Assembly (NCBI GenBank): GCA_040954595.2
Contig: CM082588.2
Location: 6,150,202-6,214,201, forward strand
Direction: 5' to 3'
DNA: 64,000 nt
Origin: Balanoglossus misakiensis
Taxonomy: Eukaryota > Animalia > Hemichordata
The notes under the pieces were generated by a model. That model was not told the origin of the DNA. It saw nothing but the letters and a program-made list of their open reading frames with translations, and ran no database searches. The position numbers were made by a program, and so were the translations under genes. This document shows positions 50,901 through 63,880 of this stretch, one piece after another. Each line of letters begins with the position of its first letter. The first letter of the stretch is position 1.

Positions 50901-53900
50901 TTTGAAACTAGAAAGATTACTTGCATTTAATAATTGCTTGCAGACAAAGACTTGATTGAAAGCACTCTGGAAGTAATTAATAATCAGTGGAACAAAGGTC
51001 ACGTTATTAGATGCTCAGGCAGGATAGTAACGAGCCAGTTTCCAATGTATGGTGATCAAATTCCAGCTCATGCCCACAACGACAATACACTGATAATCCG
51101 TCAAGAAAGATGTCAGTGCACACAATATCTGTGATTAAAATCTGATGCGTTGAGATTAACATCAGAGGTCTCCCTACACTGCAAAGCCTGGCTTCGTTTT
51201 ATGACCGTAATCCCTACACGCAATGAAATTCTGAAATATTATTCTGTTGACTTTGATTGAAAATTGATTTTGCGATGCGACGTGACTCTCCCTGTAAGCT
51301 GAACACACAAAAACCCAAGGCTCCTAAAAAACAAGAAGAAACCAGACACACTGACTGTAAAATCGGTACGTGACTGTGTGTATCTCTCTTGTGTTCTTAT
51401 TAAAACCAATGAAACTACCTCGTTCGATCACAGGTTGCAGGGCTGTACGCGAGCGAGAGTAATCAGCTTCCAGATTCACTGTCATCCTCTGGGAAAGTCA
51501 GATACTTGGCCAATAACGCTGCTTGCATGACAAACAGTGCAGCCCTCTATATTTACACTCCAGAGGGTCCAGCAATGCCGACATGCGGACAGAACAGCCA
51601 ACCAGGGTATCGTAATTGTGTCTGAGTTTACATGTTACTGACACGAGAAGACAAAGTCCGGCTCCTTGTCTTGAGATAATTACAAGTGCTAATAAGTCTG
51701 TCGGACAGACTCCTGTTTTCCCTCTGCAGGTTTTGAAACATAGGCAATAGTGGTGTACGTGTCTGACCACTCAAACTGTCATCCTCTTTGACAAAACTGT
51801 CATGTCCGCCACTAGCCATCTTTGACCTATGTTAAAAACCTTCAGCAATTACTTCCATCTCCAAATATAAACAGCGAGAGAATGACACAGGAAGCAAACG
51901 TGCGAATCAGTAAAATTTAACAGTAGAATATTGCAATTTTATCAAATCATCCAGAAAACTGCAAGTTCTGTCTGTGATAAAAATGATGGACGTTATTACC
52001 AGTGTGAGGTAGAATATTTTTTATCAAAAAACTGCAATTATTTGCGTTGTCAATAGCAGAGGCGATATTGCTCACAGTGGCTGCACTTGTCACTGGCAAT
52101 TTCCTCTTCTGACACTCGGATGAAAAGAACACAATGGTGTGTACATGTTAGCGGAGACAGAATGACATTTGTCTGTTGGCTATATGCAATTACTGGGGTA
52201 TCTGCAGCAATGATGGGGCAGGAATGAATAGGGCTGAATGGCTGATGCTGGCTCAAAGTTTTCTTATAATGAGATTAATTTAAGAACAGACCACCCCTTT
52301 GCACAATACCACATACAGTGTGGTACGTGTGATCTGCGAGTTGCCATTTTGTTACAACTAACTCTACTTTCCAGAGGAATACAATCGTCAGTACAAACTT
52401 CAAACTTCACTTGCATCACTGGAGTCTACAAGACTGCACATGAATCCTGTAAACCACAACTGACTGAACACAGCATCATGCATCAACCATTAGCACGAGC
52501 ATTGAAAAATCAAATAAACACCTCTGCGGTAACCAAGGAAACTTGAAATGGATCGCATTCTGATTCTTTCAAATTTGCGCCGAGATCACATTCACACTGG
52601 GAAAATGTGTCATAGTGCCATTTTGCATTTTTCTTTCTTATCCCTTGATGGAAACTTATTGTGTGTTAACACTTGGTGTACATGTACCAGTAGCCTGTCT
52701 AGTTTGCAATATTTCACACTGATCTACGGTATAACTTCATGCACCATCTAGATCACTATGAATTTCATTTCACATATCATCTGGTTCTGTTGGATATTAC
52801 AGGATACATAGTACACACATCAGCCTTGTGCAGTATGTAGTGCCTCACTGAATACCCATACTTAATATTTTGCAGAATCAAATTTTCAGAAGGCATATTT
52901 ATTTTTAGCTGCACATTCTGTGTAACCAAATTACATCGGGGTGTGAATAATACAGGATTGGCAAATTCCTTTATAAGATTAACACCCCGTGTTTGCGCTG
53001 ACAATGTCCCCTGAGCTGTTAAGCCATCACCGGATAATGAGCCGAGGCCGGGCCCGCGCTAATGCGCCGGTCGGATTTGACGAGGAGTCGAGTAATGAAA
53101 GAGCAAATCATTTGGGCCGGCTTAACACTCGGACGCAGGGAAATGACTGATGCTATAACCTGCCCTCCAGGTGGAGAGGCCATGGCAAGAGCAGACAGTA
53201 CACAGCATGTAGCCAATGCTACCGGCACTTATTTTCAAGTGCCGTGTTATCCCTGTGTTTATGGGTCGGCATAAATTTTGATCTATGTGGTGCTGTTGGA
53301 TCCTATCATAAATCATGGAATCATTACATGCTTATTATGATTCAGCACACTTTAGTATGGGTTGAAAAGCTATTATTTTACATGACTATTAGGGAAATCT
53401 AGTCCAAAGGCTTCCCAATTCCTCAATTGTTTACAGTATTGAGGATTTATTACAAGAGCTAGAGGACTGTTTGGGAGTTTTCTAAATTACAATTATGACA
53501 TATTTTTCTCTATATTTCCAAAATGCCAATAATAATAATGATATAATGATATTGACCTTCAGTTTTAAAAAACACAATCGCAGTACAGTACTTCCGAAAG
53601 AAAGCGAATATTGTATGTATACTCAATGTACATACTACATGCCATTACAAAATTTTGCTCTACCCTGTTGGGGAACCTATTTCAAAACAACAGAGATGAT
53701 ATATGTCAATTAGTTTCCTCCAAGATCCTTCGGGACGACGACTGCAAAGACAACAAATGACTGATGTTCTAGACTGAAAACCCGAAAAAGCCCAAATGAT
53801 TTCCACTAGTCAATATTAAAAGAGGATGGAATAGAAATTGCACAATAAAACATGTAATTTATAGAATGGAAGTCATAGAACACCGCTGATGAACTGCCTG

Positions 53901-54779
53901 ATCATATTTTATTTACTGGGGTAAAGTGTCCTGAATAAAAGCTACAGTACAAAGGGAACACTTAAGATATCACTTCCTTCTGTTACAGTGTTCAGTATCA
54001 AGTCAACCACTCTCAAATGACACTATAATTTCAATGTCACGCTCTTTTATATCAGTCTTTTCTCTCACAGTTCGACATATCAGAATAATCGTGTCTAGTC
54101 TGAAATTACTGTTCAAACACAAGATCCTCAGTAACATACATGTACAGCCCTCGGTGATATTTCACCGGAATGGCCATGAACTAGCCTTAATAATTTATGC
54201 AAGTTTCCATTTCAAGGCCACGTTCATGGGGGTGCTGTCTTGTAAAGAAGGCACAAGAATAAGATTCGTCAACAAAGTCATGATCACAGCTGTAAATACT
54301 GAAACTGAGGATAACAGGAATAGAAGAAGGTCACCAAACCATTCACTGGCTTTCAATGTGCGGTTACGGTTGTATATCGCATAATAGATGGGTTTGATGA
54401 AGTGATTAAGTCGTCAGGAAAACATTCTAGTTTCCTCCAGCCATCAAGGACAAATAAAAACAGAGAAGCTCAAACATCAATTATTTGTAATGACTAGTCA
54501 ATGCATATTAAACAGCAATTGGACTTAGAATCCCTCGGCAAGTCCCCATTTCTGGTGGAGATGTTTATGTTTGATGGCTCAGATGAACTAACCACTACAA
54601 GCTGTAATCAGACACTAAAAGGCATTTCTTGATAATGTTTGCTGCTAAATGTTGTCAAGATATTCCTACACATGTCTTGCCATCGTATATAAACAATACA
54701 AGGAACGATAGCTATCGACAGATAAATGTTTTGAGGAGTTCGCAATGTATATGCAATTAGAGAAAATATGTAGACATCG

Positions 54780-54801
54780 CTCTCTCTCTCTCTCTCTCTC
54801 T
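54780..54801. repeat. (CT)n microsatellite
   Basis: Directly visible. Confidence 0.9.
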
Positions 54802-55677
54802 TTTAAGTGGTCACATTTAATGGCTTGGATGAGCTATGCCGTGAACACACAAGTGAAATGTGTTTTTCCATTTTTCTCTCCCTACTGACTTTCCAGGATG
54901 ACACAGTCCATCAGTTCTCATAACAACATCACAGCTTCCAAAGTGAGTCATCCATGCAAGACTATATTTGACATTCAAAACAAGTTTTAAATGTTCATTT
55001 TCCTGAGTGTGTCCCCACGAGAGGAAGGCGACCTTATAATAGCACGATCAGGAACACCCGGGCTGACAGAATCCACACCAGATGGTCATTCATTCATTCT
55101 TACATATTCACTGCACCGTGCAAATTATTGCGCGCACACGTCCGAGTGCATATCATCAAATGGTGACATCACCAACTGACATTAATGCACGCTGATGTCT
55201 TTGCCTGTCAAGTTGAAATACACACCTTACAAGTAAGTAATGAAGAAATCGCCATCACACGATTGTCTATCATCTACGATCAAACAGCCCCCTTAACAAG
55301 CCTTGGACAGACCTCACAACTTCACTCATTATATCATCACAAAATTCTTGTCTGATTCTCTCGCTGATGTCTGATTATGCAAATTGTTAACACCCCAAAA
55401 CTACTCTAAGCAGTGGGGTCTGTTTGCTTGACAATTTCAGAAGAAGATGACATTAATGAAATTAGTACATATGTCTCTTTGGTAATCTGATTACAAGGAG
55501 CTTCAAATCGTGTGTTTGTCCAAGTGGTAAATTAGCAAACCCATGGGTGAGTAACGCTTCCTGGTAAGATATCCCCTAATCAGGAAAGGACGGATTTCTA
55601 AATTGAGATTTTCTGGCACAAGACACAATAAACCAAACATTCTGGACAGAAAAACGTCCACGTTCACAGAGACTTAC

Positions 55678-55734
55678 AGCATAGTTGTCCGACTGCTTGT
55701 TGTCGCGGCACTGTTCGAACATCGTGGAAGTCAT
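55678..55734 (-). CDS. Candidate alternative first coding exon of dystrophin (MTSTMFEQCRDNKQSDNYA)
   Basis: ggcATG...GCT|GTAAGT, 19 codons, phase 0, in frame with the exon starting at 47937. A CpG-rich leader lies upstream (~55735-56460). Confidence 0.5.
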
Positions 55735-57613
55735 GCCTGCTCCTTCCTTCCTGCCTTCGCCGTTTCTTAAGACGCAGAGAGAGAGTGGAAACCCGGACAA
55801 GGAAGGGAATATACTCAGATCCTCTGCGGACTTTGGGAATGCAAATGTCCGCAACACATCAGCGATGAAGCGGTGTCCGAGCTGAATACTAAGTACCTCA
55901 CCCGTTGCGCGAATGGAATCTTCCACAGCCAAGAGCGCTGCTGCATTGAAATGCTGGGAACTTCACCGCTCAGTCACGGGTGACAACAGTCCATGTGCTC
56001 TAAGCGGACATCTTAGGACATACAGCATAAGTAATATCTCAACACCATATTTTTATAAATCAGGCTGAACCAAAGACTTGACAGTATTTGTCCGCAGTCA
56101 GGCGCGAAACGCTTGTGTATCTTAATTGTCAGTGACAGATGGCCAAGCGAAGAAAAAAAACTGGAATCTTGATAACCTTACGTGAGACGGAATATTAACA
56201 GAGTGGTTGTTACAGCCTTTCTGAAGAAAAGCCAGCGGTTGATCCGCAATAAAGATACACTTTGAGAATTGGCTCCAAATGCACCCTGAAGAACGTTCGC
56301 AATAGCACGACTTTATTACCCGGCTTTATTGGTATTCAAGTGGGATACAATGCACCGGGCAGTTACGTGGATTTCCGAAACGGCCACAAATTACAGTTTA
56401 TGCAATGCGCCTGCCTGAAATATGCAATTTCTATGGTAATGACCAATCGCGTGAAAGAGGCCAACTCAGCAGTGTGTGATCAGATGCGTGTCACAATTTG
56501 TATCTCTTGTTTTGTACATTGTTAGCTCGACAAACCAGAAGTGTCCAAATGTAAATGTCTTCTGATATTCAGGCATAGTCAATCTGATATTCATGATTTT
56601 TAAGGTATTACCCAATCGGGTGAAAAATCTATGTAGCCTACAATCAAAAGCAAATTAAAGTCTTACAGAACTGGCATGTCCTTCATTCACTGATAGTGTC
56701 ACTGAAAAATAGGTTAGTCAAATATTCAATCTGAGCTCTGCATACCAAACCTAATTTTGGTAGAAGAACTTTCCTGTTTGCAAGGTCAATTCTTATGGAC
56801 ATAATCCTCGAATGACGGCAAGAATAAATTTGTTCCACTGGAAATTAAGTGGATACATGCAAACAGCGATTTCATTATCAACTACTATGTTACTGGTTGT
56901 CCTTCAAAATCTTTCTTCATGGTGATATATTTACTCATCTTGAAGTGATATCACTAGTTGTACGGTATATTTCAAGCCTACAATCTGAAACCATGTCAGT
57001 TTAACTTTAATTAGTTACCTTGCCAACTAAGTCACCGACAAACTACAAAACTACCAGTGAGTTATAACCACAACTGCAGCTAATGACGTACATACACACA
57101 AAAAATTCTTGACATTTCGTAAATCCAATCAGCATTTAACTGCACTTTTTGCCCCGTTAAACCAAACATTGATATTTGACTGGCCAACTTGGTACCGCAA
57201 GCACCTGGGACTGTATTGACTTTTCCAAGTACCTCCTTTTAAGAAATTACTGTCTGCAAGTTTATAAGACTTGAGAATTTGCAATCAAACCGCACATCGC
57301 CTCGGGCGGGTTTTCCGTAAAACACTCTAATCAGAGAACACCGCCATAAAGAAGACACACAACGAAGGGTAACCATGACGACTGGTGTAGTGAAACTGCT
57401 ATGGGTGTGATGTACCTCAGATTTTAAAAGTGAAGAACGTGACTGGATTTCACGCACGGAGTTTAATGACCTCAAGGAACATCTGTATGCCTGACAATGA
57501 TGATGTCACAGGAAAAGTCTTTCCAGCAAAAGATCTCTTATCGACTATTAATATATAAATCTAAATCCATGGAAACCTGCCACTTTCATTGTTAGAATTC
57601 ACCCACTACTTAC

Positions 57614-57664
57614 AGCACGGAATGATATTTGCTTTTGCTTGAACCATCGATACAATTCGTACAT
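57614..57664 (-). CDS. Candidate alternative first coding exon of dystrophin (MYELYRWFKQKQISFRA)
   Basis: gacATG...GCT|GTAAGT, 17 codons, phase 0. Confidence 0.45.
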
Positions 57665-60600
57665 GTCCTGCGCTTTTTTCGATCATTGATTTACGAACTA
57701 AATCAATGTAAGTTTGCCTATAATTCAGTTTTCTGTATAAAAGCTTCCTCTAGTGAAAACGCAAACTCCTACAGCACGAGTCAAGACACACACAAGTCGA
57801 TGGCAGATTTCCTTTGGGGGAACATGGCATCCATTCTCTCAACCACTAAAGGTAGAAACCAATTTCCTCAACACGTGCTTAATATTCCCCCTGTGCAAAT
57901 GAACAAATGATTCTCTAAGCCTGGCAACTGCAGGAATTTTAAGCCGCGATTCAAGAAGTAATAAATTTTGCTATGAAGCTCTCGCACTTTCAATCTCAGA
58001 GCAAATAATCTTGCGCTGACATTCTAAACAGTAATGGATGATAATTCTGAACAAAAATGAATGCTATCTTGATTCGAGTGCCATCTACACAAAACAAAAG
58101 GCCACAGCTGCAAGGGCCATCGCTACTTATAAAAGATAATTTGAATTTAAGCTGTCTCCGATATCGCAACCCCAGAACAAGCTCTCCTGAATTCACCATC
58201 GATCGAACCATAATCCTGAACGCCACTACCAAACCGAAAGAGATAAACTCGTGACATACGAGGTTTATCAGTCAGTGAACAGCCGGCATTTACAGCCACT
58301 CTGTATGTAAGAGACGTCTCTCACTGAGGAAAACCTAGGGAGAATCCATCTGATATTTTGGGAGGGGGCACTGGAGGAAAGGCATCAAAGGGACTCAACT
58401 GCAGAGACAAGTATTATTTTTGACATCTGGTAAAATTTTTCATATCCTTAAATTTATGCTTGTTTTATTTCATCATGTCAATTCGCGATGGACAGATTTT
58501 CTTTCTTTGTAAGCTTGCACGCATTTGACTACGAAAGAGTGACATAAGTTATTACGCAAACCACACACCCCATCTCATTTAATGCAAACCGCGTTTCATT
58601 GTGAAGTGCTATTTTAAACCACCCCCTTGGAATAATCAACCATCTTCTACGGTTTGCTTTGTGTCGAAGAGGTGTCAAAAACAGCATCTATGTGTTAGTT
58701 GATTCCCAGGGCAGGCATGTTGCTCGCATGTACGTCATGGCACCAGGTATCAATTCTCTTTATGTTTTTTTTAACAGCCTATTGCATTTACTCAAACGCA
58801 AAACATGTCATTATTAAATGAGCTTTCATCAAACTTTGGGTTTGAGATCGTATATACTGAATGCACTGTCATGTTGAATTCATAAAATCTGTCGATAACA
58901 AGCGATGTCTTTGTCTTCTAGTGCAACCTCTATTTGCCAATAAGATGTTCAGTCTATATAGTGGAAATTGAAACAATATTTGGAAAATTCACAGCAGAGA
59001 AAAATGTTATCCTGTAAATCTTTGAACTTAGCTGACAGGTTGTCACTTTTCTGAATGATAGCAATGACGCGATTGTGCAAATATTAAGAAACTGAACCGT
59101 CTCAAATGTGTTTTGAAAAATTAATCAGCACCGGAGTTCAGTCAGAATATTATGTTGACAGCTAATTTATCAAACAAGTAATGAAAATTCAAATCTAGAT
59201 GCTTCAGATGGTTGACTGATCCACAATTTGCATACGGATTAATTCAATGCATATCAAGTCTCTGAAACAATACCGAAATAGTTCACCGAAATGCTGAACA
59301 AAATTGCAACTGAAGTATTATTGACCAAACCAGGAAACTCGCATCAGGATCAAAAAGCACAAAAGGGCAGGTAATTAATTATACGCAGGCAACTGGTCTG
59401 ATGAAGTAATGTATTTGCACACAGACACAATAAATTTGTAGAAGCAGATTGCATGGTCACACTCCAGTGACTACCCACTCCCAGGCAGAGACAGACAGAC
59501 CCATGGCAAATTGTCTGACAGCATTATTAGTTAAAAAAGACTCCACTGGTCGATTATTTTTTGATGGGCTGATCCCTACTGGGACTGCTAGTCCACCCAG
59601 ATTCCTTTTAAAATAACTCTTTTTGTTGAAGATTACTGGCGAGTAAATTAACTCATTACATGTGTACTCTGTGACCCACTGGCTTCAGCTACTAAGCTAG
59701 GCTTATGTGTACAACCAGTATGGACAGCAGGAAGGCTAACCATGACAACAAGGGCACTATATAGTCCTGTGAAAAAGACTGACTTTTTGTAGTCTGCAGA
59801 AATTCGGGCTATGGTATAGAATTCCACAGGGAAACTAGAACCCCTTGTTGAGGGAAATGAACAAGCCAGATTGATCTGGCAAGTAATTTACTGCAACATC
59901 CTGATATAAAGTTCAAATGGACATCGGTGGGGGCGACTGATTTACAAGAAAATTACCCACTTTCAGAGTAATTTTGAAACTCCTTATTTACATTATACTG
60001 CTAAACTTCAGGGGAGTATATACAGTCTCGTTTTCATGATAACGAAGGAATACAAGTCATTGTCAATGACTTAGTCCAAATTGAATTAAAGGTTTACAGT
60101 CACCTCTAATTTACATACTGTATATGCCTATACATGTATATGGTCCATAGGGTGGGTCTAACTGTTAGAATGACTATGTGGGGACACGCTTTTTTGTGTG
60201 TGTCACCCACTGAAAATCAATGATTGGCTAGATATGAATTTTCCATGGCAACAGTGGCTAAATTTAAAGCCAAAACTATAGTAAAAGTCCCTTGGACTTT
60301 GTCCACAGGGACTAAGTACTGTTCCCTAATGGTCTTTTAACTAAGTGATCAAATTTCCTGATCGTCGTGGAAATTTTTCCAGACATGCTGGCCATGATAA
60401 ATATCACGCGTTGATGTAATCCACCACATTGCCATGACAACCTGGCATCATTAAAGTTTCGGTGTATTTCACAGGCTGGTACTACCGGCAGCGTTGCCAA
60501 CAGCACGTTGTTAGAAATGCTTCAGCAAGAAAAGAGAAGATTTTCAGGTGCTGGTGTGTGGATTTTCCCGGAGGACAACACATGCTTTGGACACATCTGC

Positions 60601-62525
60601 GTGGGTCGCATAAGTCCACAACAAAGCCGGTTTGATTGGGACAGATATCGGCACCAGACACTCACAAAGAAGCGTAATGGAAGGATTCTTTGCGACGCTA
60701 CGAGCAAAACACGCCACAAAGACAAACTGCTGCCAAACAGAACCTTTTCACACATTTCTTTCGAAAACAGAATTTTTCCTATTTATGGACGATGATAATC
60801 CTGCATAGTCAGTGAGATTATATTTGTTGAAAACCATTTCATTCAAAGATGTATCATCAATATATTCTCTATCTGTAAACACAGACACTCTGATTTTAAG
60901 TCAATTCACTTCAATGTCACACGAAACCGCACAGAGACTAAAAACGCACCATTAAAATTCATGACAAACTGCACAGAAATCACATTTCAAAATTCTCCGT
61001 GAACTTTAATGCTATCCAATTTTGATGGGTTGACTCTGCCTGACACAGGGATCCAGAAAGCAATTAACTAAACTTCCCCTCATTAATTATTCATTACCGT
61101 AAATTCAATTTATATCCAGATCGACTACAGCACCGACTGATTGCGTTATTGGGATACAGTTTCCACTTCATCGGGGTGAGAAGTGTCTCAAAAAGTTGCG
61201 CGGTTTCTCAAATTTCAGCACCTGGGGTTCAGCTTAGGTTAGTTGCCTATCTGAAGTGGTCGTATAAGGTCTGACACAATCGATCTGGCTCACTCTGAAG
61301 AACCTCTGAAAGTATCCCTGTGTGCATCGATCAATCAGTAAAACTACGGTAAAATTTTGAAGCAGCAGAAAGCCAAATGAAAGACATAATTTTTTCATTT
61401 TATACAAGAAATAGAATCCCTTCCACATAATATGAATCCTTGCAGTGGAAAGGTTGCATGTTTTATTTTATTTTAAAACATGCCTACAAAACAGAGGCTA
61501 TCAAATTTGATTGTTTTCTTTTAAATAACAACTTTTTATTTCGTGTTTGTCAAATAAAAGACCACATCTCTATTATTGAGATGAGGTTCCCAATTGACAC
61601 ACCTCACAACAGCCTCAAACAAAGCAGAGTCATATTTCATGCAATTTCATGAAGAGTGACAAAAGTCGCCAGGCACTGTTTAATTTCCTATCTAATAATC
61701 ATGTCGGGCCTTTTCATTTCGCAGGGGACACACACAAAAGGGAATTTCATTGTCCCCGCGACAATGGCTTTTATCGATACCAGAGTGTGTCACGCTAGTT
61801 GATTCAGTGTAGCTGTCGCACAATAGGGAAAATTGTGCAAACACGTGGCTCCATTGAAGTCAATTTTTTTTTATGCAACACGCATTTACACACCAGAACT
61901 CGAGAAAATTGCAATTCCCAACGCTGGATGATTTAACGAACAGTGGTTGAACACAGTGTTCCGTGCCAATTTCAAAGCAGAATTTGATGTAATTTGAAAC
62001 TACTAACAGTCTTCCGCCCCAACTAAACAGCTTTTTTTTCGCCAGCAAACTAAGTTGAGTGGAAAACTGCAATTACACTGTGCATGGTTAAGCATTCTAA
62101 TTTCACCGTTTTTTTAACAATTGTACAATTGTTAGTTTTCACTTGAAACATTTCGTGCTATTTTCAGGCAATCCACCTGGGAAAGTCTTTCATATTTTGT
62201 ACCCAAACATACTCAGAACATGGAATTTAATGCAATTCAACCAAAAAACCATTTCAAGCCGAGAAAAAGTCTAAAATTTAAAATTACCAGCAATAAAACT
62301 GCCACTTTACAAACATACATACGCACATGATCTGAAAAATCCATCAGTTACGTCAATATCATCAGAGTTACGTGCCCCCTATGAAAATATTTTTGGAATG
62401 TAGTAAGTACCTAACGCAATATTCATACTACAAAATGTGTTTTATGTTAATCCCAAGTTAAAAACCAACACATCGGGATTAAGTTTACTGCAAAAATGCA
62501 AGCAAACTCACTGTGCTGAAAGAGT

Positions 62526-62618
62526 TCGACCCTTCCACCCCAATTTTATATTACTCTGGTCCAATTTACCACAGGAAACAATGGGATGAGACAAAACAAT
62601 GATGATGAAAGGGGTTAA
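62526..62618. mobile_element. piggyBac-type MITE copy (diverged)
   Basis: tcgacccttccacccc...ggtcca...ccacaggaaacaatggga...tgatgaaaggggttaa. Confidence 0.6.
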
Positions 62619-62679
62619 AGATACAAATGTGCCTGTCCGCACGTGGGGATGTCTACTGATCTTACTGCAGTAGCGTTAT

Positions 62680-62682
<3 letters not shown>

Positions 62683-62710
<28 letters not shown>
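62683..62710. repeat. (CA)n microsatellite
   Basis: Directly visible. Confidence 0.95.
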
Positions 62711-62713
<3 letters not shown>

Positions 62714-62845
62714 AGCACAACAATAGGACTGTAGCCCTGCACAGCAAAAATTGATCCGGTTTTGCTGTATTCAGGGTCTGAAGACAAAGTATATGCTATG
62801 AAATTTCAACACACAAAAAGGCACAGAAAAATATGAAATACTAAC

Positions 62846-62887
62846 TGGGAGCTTGATGAAGTAACCGCCAAGACTTCTGACGCTCAT
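62846..62887 (-). CDS. Candidate alternative first coding exon of dystrophin (MSVRSLGGYFIKLP)
   Basis: aacATG...CCA|GTTAGT, 14 codons, phase 0. It follows a ~270-nt CpG- and pyrimidine-rich leader with an Inr-like TTAGTC near 63160. Confidence 0.4.
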
Positions 62888-63866
62888 GTTAATTAACACC
62901 TGTGGCCGTGGCAACAAAGAGAGAGAAACTCCGAGAGAGGGATGCTGATGAGCGGAGGAGATATCGATGCCGGATCCGAAACGAGATTATTCCAGAGATA
63001 TTCCGGAGAGATACTTTTCCACAGGCAAAACAAAAGCCACTGGATGTGGCTCCCAATAAACACACGAGATCAATCCAGGGTATACTAGTAGTCCCTTGGT
63101 TGTCCGCTGTACTCAACTCAGTGACTGTGTTTCCCCTTCATTCATTAGTTCCTGGCGACTAATTGTAATGTGGTGATAGTACGGGGGAGGCATGGGGAGG
63201 GCCGTTCCATTCCGACGGCAGGGGTATCACTGAAAACCTACCCGCTGTCATAACTATATGTCTATAATCGGCCCCCTGATGATGTGCGAATTAAATGTTG
63301 ATTACTGCCCGGTGGGACGAGATCAGAGGTGGATTGCGTGTCATGTGACAGGTCAGCTGACTTGGAGTAATGAGTCTACAGTCTATGGTTTCAATTCCAT
63401 TCACGGATGTGGATGCACCCCTCCTCACACACACACATGAAATATGGCAAAATAAACATTACAAAATAGAAAATTCCATCTAAACTCTAAGATTCACACA
63501 TGGGTTAGAAAACACCAACATGAATCCAACCTCATTATACATTCATACGATCATTAGACGGTGTAATAATTTTTCTTTGTTAATCCCAATCTATCAAGCT
63601 TCATTTCAGCCAGCTATGCAGTCAAAGCAATTTCCCCCTCTTAAATCCACCCAGCATTTGTAAGCTCACCTACAGCAGAAAAAAAAATATTTTTTTTCCA
63701 AACCGCACCATTTAAGGCTAATCCAGTTCTACTAATTCCTATCACTGCCCTGACAACATCTGTCTGCTTTGAGGGACGTTGATCTTTCGGAGTTCCTATT
63801 TATTTCATCACTATCTAACCGATGGCGATAAGGATGAGGTTTACTCTCTGGCGGTTCTACATCATT

Positions 63867-63880
63867 GTAACCATGGTAAC
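63867..63880. promoter_or_regulatory. RFX X-box consensus match
   Basis: GTAACCATGGTAAC fits GTNRCC-N(0-3)-RGYAAC. Motif match only. Confidence 0.4.

Noticed and set aside
60666-61428. Further ATG-to-donor cassettes (60666-60755; MKKLCLSF...FFR|GTGAGC near 61295) as stand-alone first exons
   Set aside because: They have the correct phase but no promoter-like leader and intron-like composition. 60666-60755 is kept only as a weak member of the array finding.
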